DNA of 53,938 nucleotides from a virus (Duplodnaviria; Caudoviricetes): IMG/VR virus record IMGVR_UViG_3300033146_007470, positions 1 to 53,938 of that record; one strand, 5' to 3'. Shown piece by piece: positions 51,291 to 53,938 of this stretch (position 1 is its first letter; each line of letters starts with the position of its first letter). The notes under the pieces were generated by a model. It saw only the letters and a program-made list of their open reading frames with translations, ran no database searches and was not told where the DNA came from. The position numbers and the translations under genes were made by a program.

Positions 51291-51886
51291 AAACACTAAT
51301 AATTGTAGATTGCCAAAACGATTTTTGTCCTGGCGGTTCATTAGCTGTTGAGGCTGGAGATAAAATTATACCAGTAATAAACAAACTTACTAATAGTGGT
51401 ATATTTGATTTGGTTATAGCAACACAAGATTGGCATCCTGAAGGTCATATATCCTTTGCTGATACCCATGGCGTTGACCCTTTCACTCTGGTAGGTGATG
51501 AAACAACCTGGCCAATACATTGTGTTGCTGGTACTCAGGGTGCCGAATTAAGACCATCTCTGGACCAAAGAAAAATAAATTTCATTGTTAGAAAAGGAAT
51601 GAATAAGAAGATAGACTCTTACTCTGCATTCGTTGAAAATGATAGAAAAACAGGAACTGGACTTTTTAATCTCATACCTAAAAAAAGTGAAATATATATT
51701 GTTGGTATAGCAACTGAAGTTTGCGTTAGTTATACGGCTAAGGATGCTCGTATCTATTATGCAGATAAGGTGGAAGTTATCGTTGATGCATGTGCCGGTA
51801 TCTCATTCGATGGTATTGTTACTACAGCTGCTGAGTGGAAAGAATTAAGTATAGGCGTTACTTCGTCAGAGGAGTTGTTAGGATGA
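51287..51886 (+). CDS. pncA: nicotinamidase
   Basis: LIIVDCQNDF.PGGSLAV, QDWHP..H.SF, WP.HCV, RKG.....DSYSAF, GIATEVCV. Confidence 0.96.
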   Translation: MKTLIIVDCQNDFCPGGSLAVEAGDKIIPVINKLTNSGIFDLVIATQDWHPEGHISFADTHGVDPFTLVGDETTWPIHCVAGTQGAELRPSLDQRKINFIVRKGMNKKIDSYSAFVENDRKTGTGLFNLIPKKSEIYIVGIATEVCVSYTAKDARIYYADKVEVIVDACAGISFDGIVTTAAEWKELSIGVTSSEELLG

Positions 51887-53027
51887 ATAGAAGAGAAAAA
51901 AAGATTAAAAAACTTCATCATAGCATAAAAATACATATTCATGCTACTCTGTATAAAAATGCAGTTCATCACACAGAGGTTATAAGTACTGAAAAAATAT
52001 TAAACGAGATTGAGGATACTATAAGATTAGATATAGCAAATAAACATTATCATGCAATTGATGAAGTTCTTGGTATTGCTAAATATGTAAATAAAGAAGA
52101 TTTATTTCTTATACTTAAAAGGCAATTCTCAAATAGAGAAAAAGATGCTTTATTTATTAAGGCTGAGAAAGCAGTAGCTGAAGCACAAGAAGTATGAAAG
52201 TTTAACATATTATGCTTACAAGATTGTTTGTATATTAAAAGAGGTAAAATGAAATTAGTAAATGATGGGTGGGCTTTTAAAAAAGATGAAGTGGAAGGAG
52301 CAAAGAAGTCTGTAACAAATGCAGCTGAGTTTGCTCTTAAATACGGCGGTTTTGTAGAAGTAGATAAGGTAGAACATGGATATGCCAATAAATTAGTTAG
52401 CGGACATTTCACTAAAGAGCTTGCATTAACTAATGAAGAAGCTCAGTACCTTCTATTTTATCTCGATAACGGTAATCTTTGCTTTGGCGGTACTATTAGT
52501 TTCACGAAGAAAGGTTTTGTAGGTAAAATATATACAGATTAAAATGGAAAAAAATATCATAATTGCTAAAAATCTTTTACTTGAAAAAAATTGTTTTGAA
52601 TGTAAGTATGCTATAGAAATATGGCGGCTTGCAGATGGTAATATTAAATGTAATAGAACAAGAAGAGTTTATAATATATCTCATACTTGCCACAGATGGA
52701 AAAAACCTCAAACAGCTGATGTTGTTATGGAGAGAAACTATTACAAAAATAAATATATTAGAGGTAAAGAGTCATGGGCAAGGACTAATAATATTTTAAA
52801 GAGAATAATAGAGGCGGCAAATGAAAATATGGACAAAAAAACAAGTTGAGAATTTAAAGAAAAGACAGGCAACAATGATGATGCATCCTTATACATGTAA
52901 ATGCGGGAAGAATTTAATCCCAACTGAAGAAGGATGGATATGTGATGAATGTTCATATACTCAAAATTGGGTACATGATTCAGATTTAGATGGAGATTTA
53001 TTGGAATGGTTTGGACAAACTCCATAA
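51883..53027 (+). CDS. four small hypothetical ORFs
   Basis: ORF track; packing. Confidence 0.6.
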
Positions 53028-53055
53028 TATGGTATAATTAGTACAAGAGGAATAA

Positions 53056-53856
53056 ATGATAAAAGTTGAAGAAATAATAGAATTAATAACTAAAGAGATC
53101 AAAAGCTTTACAGATATAGCAACAATTGGAATGTCAGGTGGAGCAGATAGTACTTGTGTAGCCGTTCTTAGTACCCTTGCTTTGGGGAAGGAGAATGTTT
53201 ATGGATATGGTTTTCCATATGATAGAAATGATATTCGCAAATTCAATTCCAGATCTGCGCGTACTGCTAAACAGTTAGGTATAAAATACGAGCAGCTTGG
53301 TATTGGTAACGCAGTTGATGTTACTGCCAAAGATATGGACCCGGAAGGATATTTCGGTATCTCACCCCTCAATCTTGGTAATATTAAATCAAGAATGAGA
53401 ATGATCTATCTCTATTCCTTAAATGCACGAGTTGCGGAGAAGACTGGGAAGAGATGCAGAGTTATAGGAACTGGTAATCTCTCTGAAGATTTTATCGGAT
53501 ATGACACCAAGGGTGGAGACGCCTTAGCTGACATCTTCCCTCTTGGAGAGTTGTATAAGAGTGAAGTATATCAACTTCTCGATTACTTTGTTGAGAAGGG
53601 ATATATTGCGGAAGACATGGTTGATAGAGTCCCTTCTGCTGGCCTTGAGAATGGTCAAACTGACGAAGAAGATTTAGGCTTCTCATATGATGAGATGGAA
53701 CCGGCTGTAAGATTTTGTCTTGCAAATTATGATAATATGAAAAATGTTGATAAAACTAAGATAATTGAATTTGTATGGGCTAGGCATATTGCTAATAAAC
53801 ATAAACATGAAGCTCCAAGAATAATATCTCTTACAAAATCTAAATTAGGGAGATAA
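53056..53856 (+). CDS. nadE: NH3-dependent NAD+ synthetase
   Basis: IGMSGGADS, GNIKSR.RM..LY, GTGNLSE..IGY.TK.GD, LYKSEV, PSAGL..GQTDEEDLG. Confidence 0.96.
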   Translation: MIKVEEIIELITKEIKSFTDIATIGMSGGADSTCVAVLSTLALGKENVYGYGFPYDRNDIRKFNSRSARTAKQLGIKYEQLGIGNAVDVTAKDMDPEGYFGISPLNLGNIKSRMRMIYLYSLNARVAEKTGKRCRVIGTGNLSEDFIGYDTKGGDALADIFPLGELYKSEVYQLLDYFVEKGYIAEDMVDRVPSAGLENGQTDEEDLGFSYDEMEPAVRFCLANYDNMKNVDKTKIIEFVWARHIANKHKHEAPRIISLTKSKLGR

Positions 53857-53938
53857 AATGGGCTACAGAAATTATATAGCAAGAATTAATAAAGAAGACT
53901 ACGTTAAATCTCGTTTAATAGATGATGAAGAATACAGA

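Noticed and set aside
1-53938. Stop-codon reassignment
   Set aside because: Conserved genes are full length in code 11, and TAA, TAG and TGA all end genes at expected positions.

Overview
AT-rich (+)-strand-dominated segment of a large (jumbo/huge) bacteriophage genome, read with the standard genetic code. The host may be a spirochaete; this is only an inference from the HisKA_2 kinases, the STAS-zinc-ribbon protein and the FliN/MotA-like genes. The first ~25 kb is an RNA-rich region with about 14 canonical tRNAs (one with a group I intron), several tRNA-shaped RNAs with aberrant anticodon loops, a GOLLD-like giant ncRNA with a nested tRNA-like unit and an upstream partial paralogue, a minimal RNase P RNA, and free-standing homing endonucleases. 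The rest carries host-like auxiliary genes (hpt, purA, nifU, trxA, clpS, clpA, nadM-nudix, pncA, nadE) and arrays of small hypothetical ORFs. The strongest candidates for undescribed biology are two. (1) A translation-sensing layer over the tRNA array: a leader-peptide attenuator whose codons match the anticodons of the downstream phage tRNAs, plus SD-led mini-ORFs with cognate codons running into tRNA-Phe (twice) and tRNA-Lys. (2) A clpA gene broken into three ORFs by two atypically split inteins, each interrupted by an antisense endonuclease gene. Several frameshifts at homopolymer runs suggest indel errors or decay, so single-indel observations are treated cautiously. All family calls come from motif recognition by eye; no searches were run.
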